Assembly: GCF_009931435.1 (NCBI RefSeq)
Contig: NZ_CP043414.1
DNA from: Escherichia coli
Lineage (GTDB): Bacteria; Pseudomonadota; Gammaproteobacteria; Enterobacterales; Enterobacteriaceae
Strand: one strand, 5' to 3'
DNA length: 64,000 nt
In this document: positions 45,312 through 53,682 of the stretch, piece by piece
How the letters are laid out: each line of letters starts with the position of its first letter
Numbering within the stretch: position 1 is the stretch's first letter
The notes under the pieces: generated by a model
Databases searched by the model: none
Seen by the model: the letters and a program-made list of their open reading frames with translations, nothing else
Told to the model about the DNA's origin: nothing
Position numbers and translations under genes: made by a program

Positions 45312-46763
45312 TTAATGTGAGGTCTGCCGGCGCAGGAAGCGTCCCGCACGGCCTGTAATATGTTTATCGCGACCATAGCTCATAACGCCGTTCACCATCA
45401 CCGCCTCAATGCCATCTGCCGGGCGTTTGGGATCAGAAAAGCTGGCAACATCACGAATGGTTTGTGGATCGAACAACACCAGGTCCGCAAAATAACCGAC
45501 TTTCACCAGTCCACGCTGGGGCAGGCGAAAACGGCTGGCAGAAAGCCCGGTCATTTTGTGGATAGCCGTGGTCAGTGGGAATAAGCCTTCATCACGGCAA
45601 TAGTGGCCCAGCACACGAGGGAAGGCGCCCCATAAACGTGGATGCGGCATGGGATCATTGGGCAGGCCGTCAGAGCCAATCATACTGACCGGATAACTCA
45701 ACACTCGGCGGACGTCGCGCTCGTCCATGTTGTAATAGATAGCCCCGGCAGGCATTAGCAGCTTCGCGGCCTCCAGCATACTCATCTGCCAGTCGATGGC
45801 GATTTGCGCCAGTGTTTTCCCGGCCTGCTGCGGATGTGTTTGTGACCAGGTGATCATAATATCGAATTCGTCGGTGACTTGTTTGAGATCCAGCGTTGAA
45901 GAGCTGGCTGAGTAAGGGTAGACATCGCAGCCAATTTCCTGGTGTTGACGCATTTGGTCAAAAAAGGCCAACGTTTCTTTTGTCCGCCCCCAGTTTTTCG
46001 CCCCGGCGCATTTATGATGGGAAACCACGACAGGCACTTTGCCATGACGCCCAATACGAAACGCCTCATCCAGGGCATCGAGAATCGGTTCAAATTCAGA
46101 ACGCAGGTGGGTGGTATAAACGCCCTTCTCACCGGCTAATTCTTCCGCCAGCGCCATGACTTCTTCGGTAGTCGCCTGAAATGCTGTGGCATAGGCCAGC
46201 CCGGAACTTAACCCCAGCGCCCCCTGACTCAACGCCAGACGTAAGTCGGCGCGCATGGCGGCAATTTCATCCGCCGTCGCCGGGCGAAACAGGTCGTCCA
46301 TATGGTTATTACGCAGCGCCGTATGACCAATCAGCGTGCCAACGTTCAGTGACGGCCTGGCTGCTTCCACTGCCTGGGCATAGCTTTCAACGGTAGGATA
46401 AATAAAGTGCTCCGCTTCCCCCAACAGATTCATCGGGTCAGGAACTTCACCTTTCATTTTCGCCGACGCCGCACTGATCCCGCAGTTACCGACAATCACC
46501 GTAGTGATCCCCTGACTGATCTTTGGCAGATATTCCGGGATGCGAATAACGTTGATATCGTCATGGGTATGAACGTCGATAAACCCTGGTGCCAGCACCC
46601 GCCCTTCCCCGTCAATGACCTGCTGCGCCGTAGCGTTAAGCGCAGGGGCAATATCGACAATCCGATCACCTGTTATTGCCACGTCACCGCGAAATTCAGG
46701 GCCGCCGCTACCGTCGATAACGGTCACATTTTTGATTAACCAGTCAACCTGCATGTTCGTCAC
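45312..46763 (-). CDS. N-acyl-D-amino-acid deacylase (D-aminoacylase), amidohydrolase superfamily
   Basis: 483 aa; N-terminus VIDGSGGPEFRGDVAITGDRIVDIAP and metal-binding GFIDVHTHDD motif. Confidence 0.7.
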   Translation of the reverse strand: MTNMQVDWLIKNVTVIDGSGGPEFRGDVAITGDRIVDIAPALNATAQQVIDGEGRVLAPGFIDVHTHDDINVIRIPEYLPKISQGITTVIVGNCGISAASAKMKGEVPDPMNLLGEAEHFIYPTVESYAQAVEAARPSLNVGTLIGHTALRNNHMDDLFRPATADEIAAMRADLRLALSQGALGLSSGLAYATAFQATTEEVMALAEELAGEKGVYTTHLRSEFEPILDALDEAFRIGRHGKVPVVVSHHKCAGAKNWGRTKETLAFFDQMRQHQEIGCDVYPYSASSSTLDLKQVTDEFDIMITWSQTHPQQAGKTLAQIAIDWQMSMLEAAKLLMPAGAIYYNMDERDVRRVLSYPVSMIGSDGLPNDPMPHPRLWGAFPRVLGHYCRDEGLFPLTTAIHKMTGLSASRFRLPQRGLVKVGYFADLVLFDPQTIRDVASFSDPKRPADGIEAVMVNGVMSYGRDKHITGRAGRFLRRQTSH

Positions 46764-46954
46764 TCCATTTCTGCAATGGTGACAAGTTAACCATTTACAA
46801 GGACGAAAAACAGTGGAAAACTACGCAAAACCCAGATGATTTTCTGATACTTTTATTCATAAACTATAAGATAAATAAACTAAATATTTATATTTCATTT
46901 AGTTACAAATGATACTCACATCCGATACGGTGAAAAACTTAAAAGGTAAATGTT

Positions 46955-48175
46955 ATGAAATACCACTCAGAACCTCTGGTTCCCCATAAATCGGCCCTGA
47001 TGCAAATGCCCGCAAATCTCCTTGCCGAAGATGTCTGTTTACCTGCCGCGATCATTAAAAAGCAGGCCCTGGAGAACAACATTACGTGGATGCAGCGTTA
47101 TGCTGACGCGCGCGGCGTTTCGCTGGCACCGCACGGTAAAACCACCATGACGCCGTGGATTTTTCAGGCGCAGCAGGCAGCTGGTGCCTGGGCAATAGGT
47201 GTCGGTAGCGCATGGCAGGCTGGTGCGGCAATGGCGAGCGGTATTCAGCGAGTGCTGATGGTTAACCAGCTGGTCGGCAAGGCGAATATGCAGTTGATTG
47301 CCCAGTTGCAACGACATTACCCGACGGTCGATTTTATCTGCTGTATCGACAGCATTGAGAACGCCCGCGCTTTGTCTGCCTTTTTTGCCAGTCAGCAACA
47401 GACACTGAACGTGATGATTGAGTTGGGTGTCCCCGGCGGACGCTGTGGCTGCCGCTCAACGGATGCCGCACTGGCACTGGCTAAACAGGCGGCCCAATTA
47501 CCAGGGCTACGTCTGCGCGGGCTTGAGTTATATGAAGGTGTTTTACACGGTGACGATCCACAACCGCAGGTAGAAGCACTGCTGCGGGATGCCGCACAAC
47601 TGGCCTGTGATATGGCAAGTCTGGTTGATGGCGAATTTATTCTCACCGGAGCAGGCACGGTCTGGTATGACGTGGTGTGCAATATCTGGCTGGCGGCAGA
47701 AAAGCCTGATAACTGCCGCATTGTTATTCGCCCTGGCTGCTACATCACTCACGACACCGGGATCTACGACGCGGCACAACAACAGTTGCTTGCCCGCGAT
47801 CCTGTGGCCTGCGATCTGGCAGGCGATCTCACATCTGCGCTGGAACTGGTCGCCATGGTGCAATCGGTGCCGGAAGCTGATCGTGCGGTGGTAAATTTTG
47901 GTAAGCGTGATTGCGCCTTCGACGCCGGACTGCCGCAACCAGTCGCCCACTACCGCAACGGCAAATCACTGGCATTTGATCCACAGGCGATTCGCAGTAC
48001 AGGCATTATGGATCAGCACTGCATGTTGCAACTGTCAGCTAATAGCGACGTGCAAGTGGGGGATATTCTGGTGTTTGGCACATCGCATCCGTGCCTGACC
48101 TTCGACAAATGGAAAGCGTTGTTATTGACTGATGACGACTACAACGTACTGGCGGAATTAGACACTCTCTTCTAA
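46955..48175 (+). CDS. PLP-dependent alanine-racemase-fold enzyme (D-serine deaminase-like / D-threonine aldolase family)
   Basis: 406 aa; candidate PLP-lysine motif LAPHGKT near the N-terminus; divergent from the deacylase operon. Confidence 0.6.
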   Translation: MKYHSEPLVPHKSALMQMPANLLAEDVCLPAAIIKKQALENNITWMQRYADARGVSLAPHGKTTMTPWIFQAQQAAGAWAIGVGSAWQAGAAMASGIQRVLMVNQLVGKANMQLIAQLQRHYPTVDFICCIDSIENARALSAFFASQQQTLNVMIELGVPGGRCGCRSTDAALALAKQAAQLPGLRLRGLELYEGVLHGDDPQPQVEALLRDAAQLACDMASLVDGEFILTGAGTVWYDVVCNIWLAAEKPDNCRIVIRPGCYITHDTGIYDAAQQQLLARDPVACDLAGDLTSALELVAMVQSVPEADRAVVNFGKRDCAFDAGLPQPVAHYRNGKSLAFDPQAIRSTGIMDQHCMLQLSANSDVQVGDILVFGTSHPCLTFDKWKALLLTDDDYNVLAELDTLF

Positions 48176-48180
48176 GAATA

Positions 48181-48214
48181 CCCCTTCGGTTAATTATCGA
48201 AGGGGCATTTTTAT
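48181..48214 (+). terminator. Rho-independent terminator after the racemase-fold gene
   Basis: CCCCTTCG-GTTAATTAT-CGAAGGGG hairpin followed by CATTTTTATT. Confidence 0.65.
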
Positions 48215-48230
48215 TGTGATCTCAATCACA
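48215..48230. promoter_or_regulatory. CRP binding site upstream of btsT
   Basis: TGTGATCTCAATCACA, a perfect TGTGA-N6-TCACA. Confidence 0.55.
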
Positions 48231-48258
48231 TATCCACCCGACGAATAATTCTTGCCCA

Positions 48259-48286
48259 ACCGCTCACCGCCATTCCTGACCGCTTA
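48259..48286 (+). promoter_or_regulatory. Candidate BtsR (LytTR) direct-repeat binding site upstream of btsT
   Basis: ACCGCTCA, 12 nt, ACCGCTTA direct repeat, matching the ACC(G/A)CT(C/T)A motif I recall for the btsT (yjiY) promoter. Confidence 0.45.
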
Positions 48287-48442
48287 CGTCCCAAATATAA
48301 CCACTCAGTTATTTACCTTACTTTACGCGCGCGTAACTCTGGCAACATCACTGCAGGATAGCGGTCAATTTACCTCCTCAAACGCAACGCAAACCTAGAA
48401 CGGCTTCGGCCAACTATTAATCAATACATGCCAGGTTTTACT

Positions 48443-50593
48443 ATGGATACTAAAAAGATATTCAAGCACATACCCTGGGTGATTCTTGGAATCATCGGTG
48501 CATTCTGCCTCGCGGTAGTTGCATTACGTCGGGGGGAGCACGTCAGCGCCCTGTGGATCGTGGTCGCCTCTGTGTCGGTGTATCTGGTGGCTTATCGCTA
48601 CTACAGTCTGTACATCGCCCAGAAGGTGATGAAACTCGACCCCACGCGCGCGACGCCTGCGGTTATTAACAATGACGGTCTGAACTATGTTCCGACCAAC
48701 CGTTACGTGTTGTTTGGTCACCACTTCGCCGCTATCGCCGGTGCGGGTCCGCTGGTTGGTCCGGTTCTCGCCGCGCAGATGGGTTACCTGCCTGGCACAC
48801 TGTGGCTGCTGGCGGGGGTAGTGCTGGCCGGTGCGGTACAGGACTTTATGGTGCTGTTTATCTCTTCTCGCCGTAACGGCGCATCTCTCGGTGAGATGAT
48901 CAAAGAAGAGATGGGGCCAGTACCGGGGACTATCGCGCTGTTTGGCTGTTTCTTAATCATGATCATCATCCTCGCCGTTCTGGCGCTGATTGTGGTTAAA
49001 GCCCTGGCCGAAAGTCCGTGGGGGGTCTTCACCGTTTGCTCAACCGTACCGATTGCGCTGTTCATGGGTATCTACATGCGCTTTATCCGTCCGGGGCGTG
49101 TAGGTGAAGTCTCTGTTATTGGTATCGTGCTGCTGGTTGCCTCTATCTACTTCGGTGGCGTGATTGCTCACGATCCGTACTGGGGTCCGGCACTGACCTT
49201 TAAAGACACCACAATTACCTTCGCACTGATTGGCTATGCGTTTGTTTCCGCACTGCTGCCGGTGTGGCTGATCCTCGCACCGCGCGACTATCTGGCAACC
49301 TTCCTGAAAATCGGCGTTATCGTCGGCCTGGCGCTGGGTATCGTGGTGCTGAACCCGGAACTGAAAATGCCTGCGATGACCCAGTACATTGACGGTACTG
49401 GCCCGTTGTGGAAAGGCGCTCTGTTCCCGTTCCTGTTCATCACCATCGCCTGTGGTGCGGTATCTGGCTTCCACGCGCTGATCTCTTCCGGTACAACGCC
49501 GAAATTGCTGGCTAACGAAACCGACGCGCGTTTCATTGGCTACGGCGCAATGCTGATGGAGTCCTTCGTGGCGATTATGGCGCTGGTTGCTGCGTCCATC
49601 ATCGAACCGGGTCTTTACTTCGCGATGAATACCCCGCCTGCGGGCCTTGGCATCACCATGCCTAACCTGCATGAAATGGGTGGCGAGAACGCGCCGATCA
49701 TCATGGCGCAGCTGAAAGACGTTACCGCACACGCGGCAGCGACTGTCAGCTCCTGGGGCTTCGTGATTTCGCCAGAGCAGATCCTGCAAACCGCGAAAGA
49801 CATTGGTGAGCCTTCTGTCCTGAACCGTGCAGGTGGTGCGCCGACGCTGGCGGTAGGTATCGCTCACGTGTTCCACAAAGTGCTGCCGATGGCTGACATG
49901 GGCTTCTGGTATCACTTCGGTATTCTGTTCGAAGCCCTGTTCATCCTGACCGCGCTGGATGCGGGTACCCGTTCTGGCCGCTTTATGCTGCAAGACCTGC
50001 TGGGTAACTTCATCCCGTTCCTGAAAAAAACCGACTCTCTGGTTGCCGGCATCATCGGTACTGCGGGCTGTGTGGGTCTGTGGGGCTACCTGCTGTATCA
50101 GGGCGTGGTCGATCCGCTGGGCGGCGTTAAGAGCCTGTGGCCGCTGTTCGGTATCTCCAACCAGATGCTGGCAGCCGTAGCGCTGGTACTGGGCACCGTT
50201 GTGCTGATTAAGATGAAGCGCACCCAATACATCTGGGTGACTGTTGTTCCGGCTGTATGGCTGCTTATCTGCACCACCTGGGCGCTGGGCCTGAAACTGT
50301 TCAGCACCAACCCGCAGATGGAAGGCTTCTTCTACATGGCAAGCCAGTACAAAGAGAAGATTGCTAACGGTACTGACCTGACGGCACAGCAGATTGCCAA
50401 CATGAACCACATCGTTGTGAACAACTACACCAACGCGGGTCTGAGTATTCTGTTCCTGATTGTGGTGTACAGCATCATCTTCTACGGTTTCAAAACCTGG
50501 CTGAAGGTGCGTAACAGCGACAAACGTACTGACAAAGAAACTCCGTACGTTCCAATCCCGGAAGGCGGCGTGAAGATCTCTTCGCACCACTAA
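48443..50593 (+). CDS. btsT: Pyruvate/H+ symporter BtsT (YjiY), CstA family
   Basis: Start placed at MDTKKIFKHIPWVILGIIGAF... (716 aa). Confidence 0.9.
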   Translation: MDTKKIFKHIPWVILGIIGAFCLAVVALRRGEHVSALWIVVASVSVYLVAYRYYSLYIAQKVMKLDPTRATPAVINNDGLNYVPTNRYVLFGHHFAAIAGAGPLVGPVLAAQMGYLPGTLWLLAGVVLAGAVQDFMVLFISSRRNGASLGEMIKEEMGPVPGTIALFGCFLIMIIILAVLALIVVKALAESPWGVFTVCSTVPIALFMGIYMRFIRPGRVGEVSVIGIVLLVASIYFGGVIAHDPYWGPALTFKDTTITFALIGYAFVSALLPVWLILAPRDYLATFLKIGVIVGLALGIVVLNPELKMPAMTQYIDGTGPLWKGALFPFLFITIACGAVSGFHALISSGTTPKLLANETDARFIGYGAMLMESFVAIMALVAASIIEPGLYFAMNTPPAGLGITMPNLHEMGGENAPIIMAQLKDVTAHAAATVSSWGFVISPEQILQTAKDIGEPSVLNRAGGAPTLAVGIAHVFHKVLPMADMGFWYHFGILFEALFILTALDAGTRSGRFMLQDLLGNFIPFLKKTDSLVAGIIGTAGCVGLWGYLLYQGVVDPLGGVKSLWPLFGISNQMLAAVALVLGTVVLIKMKRTQYIWVTVVPAVWLLICTTWALGLKLFSTNPQMEGFFYMASQYKEKIANGTDLTAQQIANMNHIVVNNYTNAGLSILFLIVVYSIIFYGFKTWLKVRNSDKRTDKETPYVPIPEGGVKISSHH

Positions 50594-50642
50594 CCGTGTT
50601 TAGCCCCGCTTCGGCGGGGCTTTGTTCTTATCAGAGTGAACT

Positions 50643-50846
50643 ATGTTTGGTAACTTAGGACAGGCAAAAAAATATCTCGGCCAGGCGGCGAAGATGTTGA
50701 TTGGCATTCCAGACTACGACAACTACGTCGAGCATATGAAGACCAACCATCCCGACAAGCCGTACATGAGCTATGAAGAATTCTTCCGCGAACGCCAGAA
50801 CGCGCGCTACGGCGGCGATGGTAAAGGCGGTATGCGCTGTTGTTAA
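50643..50846 (+). CDS. yjiX: YjiX (DUF466 family small protein)
   Basis: 67 aa [67 protein letters not shown]. Confidence 0.8.
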
Positions 50847-50856
50847 TGGAGAGAGC

Positions 50857-51813
50857 ATGAACCCGATTGCAGTTACCCTACTCACCGGTTTTTTAGGCGC
50901 AGGCAAAACCACCCTGCTGCGCCATATTCTTAATGAACAGCACGGCTACAAGATTGCCGTGATTGAAAACGAATTCGGCGAAGTCTCCGTTGATGATCAA
51001 CTGATTGGCGACCGCGCCACGCAGATCAAAACGCTGACCAACGGCTGCATCTGTTGTTCGCGCTCCAACGAGCTGGAGGACGCGCTACTCGACCTGCTGG
51101 ATAATCTCGACAAGGGCAATATTCAGTTCGATCGTCTGGTCATTGAATGCACCGGCATGGCCGATCCCGGCCCGATTATTCAGACCTTTTTCTCCCATGA
51201 GATTTTATGCCAGCGTTACCTGCTGGACGGCGTGATTGCGCTGGTGGATGCGGTACATGCCGATGAGCAGATGAACCAGTTCACCATCGCCCAGTCACAG
51301 GTTGGCTACGCCGACCGCATTCTGCTGACCAAAACCGACGTCGCAGGCGAAGCAGAAAAACTGCGTGAACGCCTGGCACGCATCAACGCCCGCGCACCGG
51401 TCTACACCGTCACCCACGGCGACATCGATCTGGGCCTGCTGTTCAACACCAACGGTTTTATGCTGGAAGAAAACGTCGTCAGCACCAAACCGCGTTTCCA
51501 CTTTATCGCGGATAAACAAAACGATATTTCGTCGATTGTGGTAGAACTGGATTACCCGGTAGATATCAGCGAAGTTTCCCGCGTGATGGAAAACCTGCTG
51601 CTGGAGTCGGCGGATAAACTGCTGCGTTACAAAGGGATGCTATGGATTGACGGCGAACCAAATCGCCTGCTGTTCCAGGGCGTCCAGCGCCTCTACAGCG
51701 CCGACTGGGACCGCCCGTGGGGCGATGAAAAACCGCATAGCACGATGGTGTTTATCGGGATTCAGCTGCCGGAGGAAGAGATTCGGGCTGCGTTTGCGGG
51801 GTTGAGGAAGTAA
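50857..51813 (+). CDS. yjiA: COG0523/CobW-family metal-binding GTPase YjiA
   Basis: Start placed at MNPIAVTLLTGFLGAGKTTLLRHIL... (318 aa); GCICCS metal-binding motif. Confidence 0.9.
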   Translation: MNPIAVTLLTGFLGAGKTTLLRHILNEQHGYKIAVIENEFGEVSVDDQLIGDRATQIKTLTNGCICCSRSNELEDALLDLLDNLDKGNIQFDRLVIECTGMADPGPIIQTFFSHEILCQRYLLDGVIALVDAVHADEQMNQFTIAQSQVGYADRILLTKTDVAGEAEKLRERLARINARAPVYTVTHGDIDLGLLFNTNGFMLEENVVSTKPRFHFIADKQNDISSIVVELDYPVDISEVSRVMENLLLESADKLLRYKGMLWIDGEPNRLLFQGVQRLYSADWDRPWGDEKPHSTMVFIGIQLPEEEIRAAFAGLRK

Positions 51814-51824
51814 AATTTCACATT

Positions 51825-51867
51825 TTTCTTAAGCCGGAAGATATATATACCCCACCGGCTTAAGAAA
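51825..51867. repeat. Inverted repeat at the convergent yjiA / accessory-operon junction
   Basis: TTTCTTAAGCCGG ... CCGGCTTAAGAAA (about 13-bp arms, 17-nt AT-rich spacer); no flanking U-tract on either strand. Confidence 0.4.
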
Positions 51868-51878
51868 GTGCAATTCTC

Positions 51879-52628
51879 TTATGAAACATCACGAAATACA
51901 CAGGTAAGTTCTTTAGGACTTGCTTTCCATATATGGTCAAAGCCACTCGACAGCATGACTTCTATTTTTCCTTCCGGACTTTCAATTAGTAAATAGCGAT
52001 CATGGCAGTTTGTATATTTGGGATTTGTAGTGATTTGCACACTCCATTCAGGATGGATACAATGAACAAAATTACTATTTATTTTACTTCCGTTTTGGAC
52101 TGCAGCGACACCTACTGCGATTTCTGAAAATTCAATAACAAGCTCTTTTCTAGGTAGTACGGAATGAAATAAGCTGCATGTATTCTCCCAATTCTGTGCA
52201 AAGTAATTATCGCATATAATTACTTTTTTTGCATTGCAACATAGCATTTCCAGATACTTTTTTAAATATATTCTATTATCTGTAGGGCTTAATGTAACGG
52301 TAACTTGATTATTAACCATACCTTTTTTATAATGTACAAAGGGAAGTGATAAATTATCATTCTCAGTAAGGATTATTTTCAACAACGATTTAGATGCTAA
52401 AGTAACAAGATCATCATCACTTTCAGGCTGACTTGCTAACATAGATAAATATTGTCGATATTCTAACTCCGGCATCTTCAATCCTAAATTTCTTGCCTCA
52501 ATCCATTGCCTTTTGTTAGTTAAATAAGGTAGTACTAGTTTTTTATGTAATCTCTTCACCTTATTCTTATCATCCATATTTTCATATGCAACTAATAAAG
52601 ATGTATCAAGAACCATTTGATAAGACAT
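51879..52628 (-). CDS. Hypothetical protein, no recognisable domain; third gene of the accessory operon (gene C)
   Basis: 249-aa ORF; ATG 4 nt after the ATPase stop with a GAGGT Shine-Dalgarno; AT-rich coding sequence. Confidence 0.6.
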   Translation of the reverse strand: MSYQMVLDTSLLVAYENMDDKNKVKRLHKKLVLPYLTNKRQWIEARNLGLKMPELEYRQYLSMLASQPESDDDLVTLASKSLLKIILTENDNLSLPFVHYKKGMVNNQVTVTLSPTDNRIYLKKYLEMLCCNAKKVIICDNYFAQNWENTCSLFHSVLPRKELVIEFSEIAVGVAAVQNGSKINSNFVHCIHPEWSVQITTNPKYTNCHDRYLLIESPEGKIEVMLSSGFDHIWKASPKELTCVFRDVS

Positions 52629-52632
52629 TTCT

Positions 52633-53682
52633 TTACCTCATCTTCATCAAATCATCTAAGGTTGCATCAAAAAAACCTAAAGGGAATCCCGTAACATTCT
52701 CTTGCAGATCGGTAAATTTCCCACCTTCATTAACTCTCATCGAGATAAAATCTTTATCCACATCAGGTTTATAATGTACAGAAATATCCTCAGAAGTTAT
52801 AACATCTTCATAAACCAAATACGCAAGTTTATTGATTAAATGTTCACAATGCGTTTCTACAATAATCTGGATACCCTTACTTGCTACAAATGCTAAAAAA
52901 ATTGCCAAATGAGACTGCGCTTTCGGATGCAATTGAATTTCGGGATTTTCTAGCAAAATAAGATCGCCTTTTTTTGCCATCAAACAAATAATCAAAACCT
53001 TTGCAATATAACTCATCCCAGCCCCAAGATTAAGAGGAGAAACATTTCCTTCAAGCTCTTTTAAGGTAAAAGCGACCTTAATCTGGTCACCAACTTTTTC
53101 AGTAACTAATTCAGACGTCGTTCCTGTAATCAGTTTCAACCAATAAGATAATTGATATGCAAGTGTTGTAGATTCGTGAACTTTCACCAGATATTCAGGT
53201 ACTGGCAAATGTTTCATTTTATCAAATGTTGAAAACAAGAATTCTCCTGCAACACCTACTCGACGTTCTGCGGTGGGCACAAATTCTTGTGCCCCCAAGC
53301 GGTTGGCATTCAGATAGAGCAACTCAGGTTCACTACCAGGCACTCTTGGCTCGTATTGATATCCCAGACGACTATCAATTTCGATATTTTCTGAGTTGAG
53401 CGTTAACGAATGAGAATTTTTTTCTGTATCCTGGACTGTTATAACAATAGATTTTGCGTTATTTTTTTTATTTCTAATAACAGGAAAATCAGCTAGAAAT
53501 CGGATAACTTCTTCCATACTATACTGATTAACAGAAGCGCTATTTTTAATTAGTAACATCAATGCCTGAATAACGCTGGATTTACCAGAAGAGTTAGTTC
53601 CAGTTAAAATGGTCAGTGGTGATAACACCAGACTTGTTGAGCCTAAACTTTTAAATCCTTGAATGTTAATATTTGTAAGCAT
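52633..53682 (-). CDS. ABC-type/AAA_21-like ATPase, second gene of the accessory operon (gene B)
   Basis: 349 aa; N-terminal MLTNINIQGFKSLGS... with Walker A GTNSSGKSS; C-terminal Walker B and H-loop (DLILLENPEIQLHP...IIVETHCEHL); start overlaps the upstream gene by 17 nt. Confidence 0.75.
   Translation of the reverse strand: MLTNINIQGFKSLGSTSLVLSPLTILTGTNSSGKSSVIQALMLLIKNSASVNQYSMEEVIRFLADFPVIRNKKNNAKSIVITVQDTEKNSHSLTLNSENIEIDSRLGYQYEPRVPGSEPELLYLNANRLGAQEFVPTAERRVGVAGEFLFSTFDKMKHLPVPEYLVKVHESTTLAYQLSYWLKLITGTTSELVTEKVGDQIKVAFTLKELEGNVSPLNLGAGMSYIAKVLIICLMAKKGDLILLENPEIQLHPKAQSHLAIFLAFVASKGIQIIVETHCEHLINKLAYLVYEDVITSEDISVHYKPDVDKDFISMRVNEGGKFTDLQENVTGFPLGFFDATLDDLMKMR

Noticed and set aside
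49040-50590. 516-aa ORF on the minus strand
   Set aside because: It lies entirely antisense within btsT, whose sense frame encodes a well-conserved CstA-family transporter; long antisense frames are common in GC-rich coding DNA and it has no ribosome-binding site or motif support.
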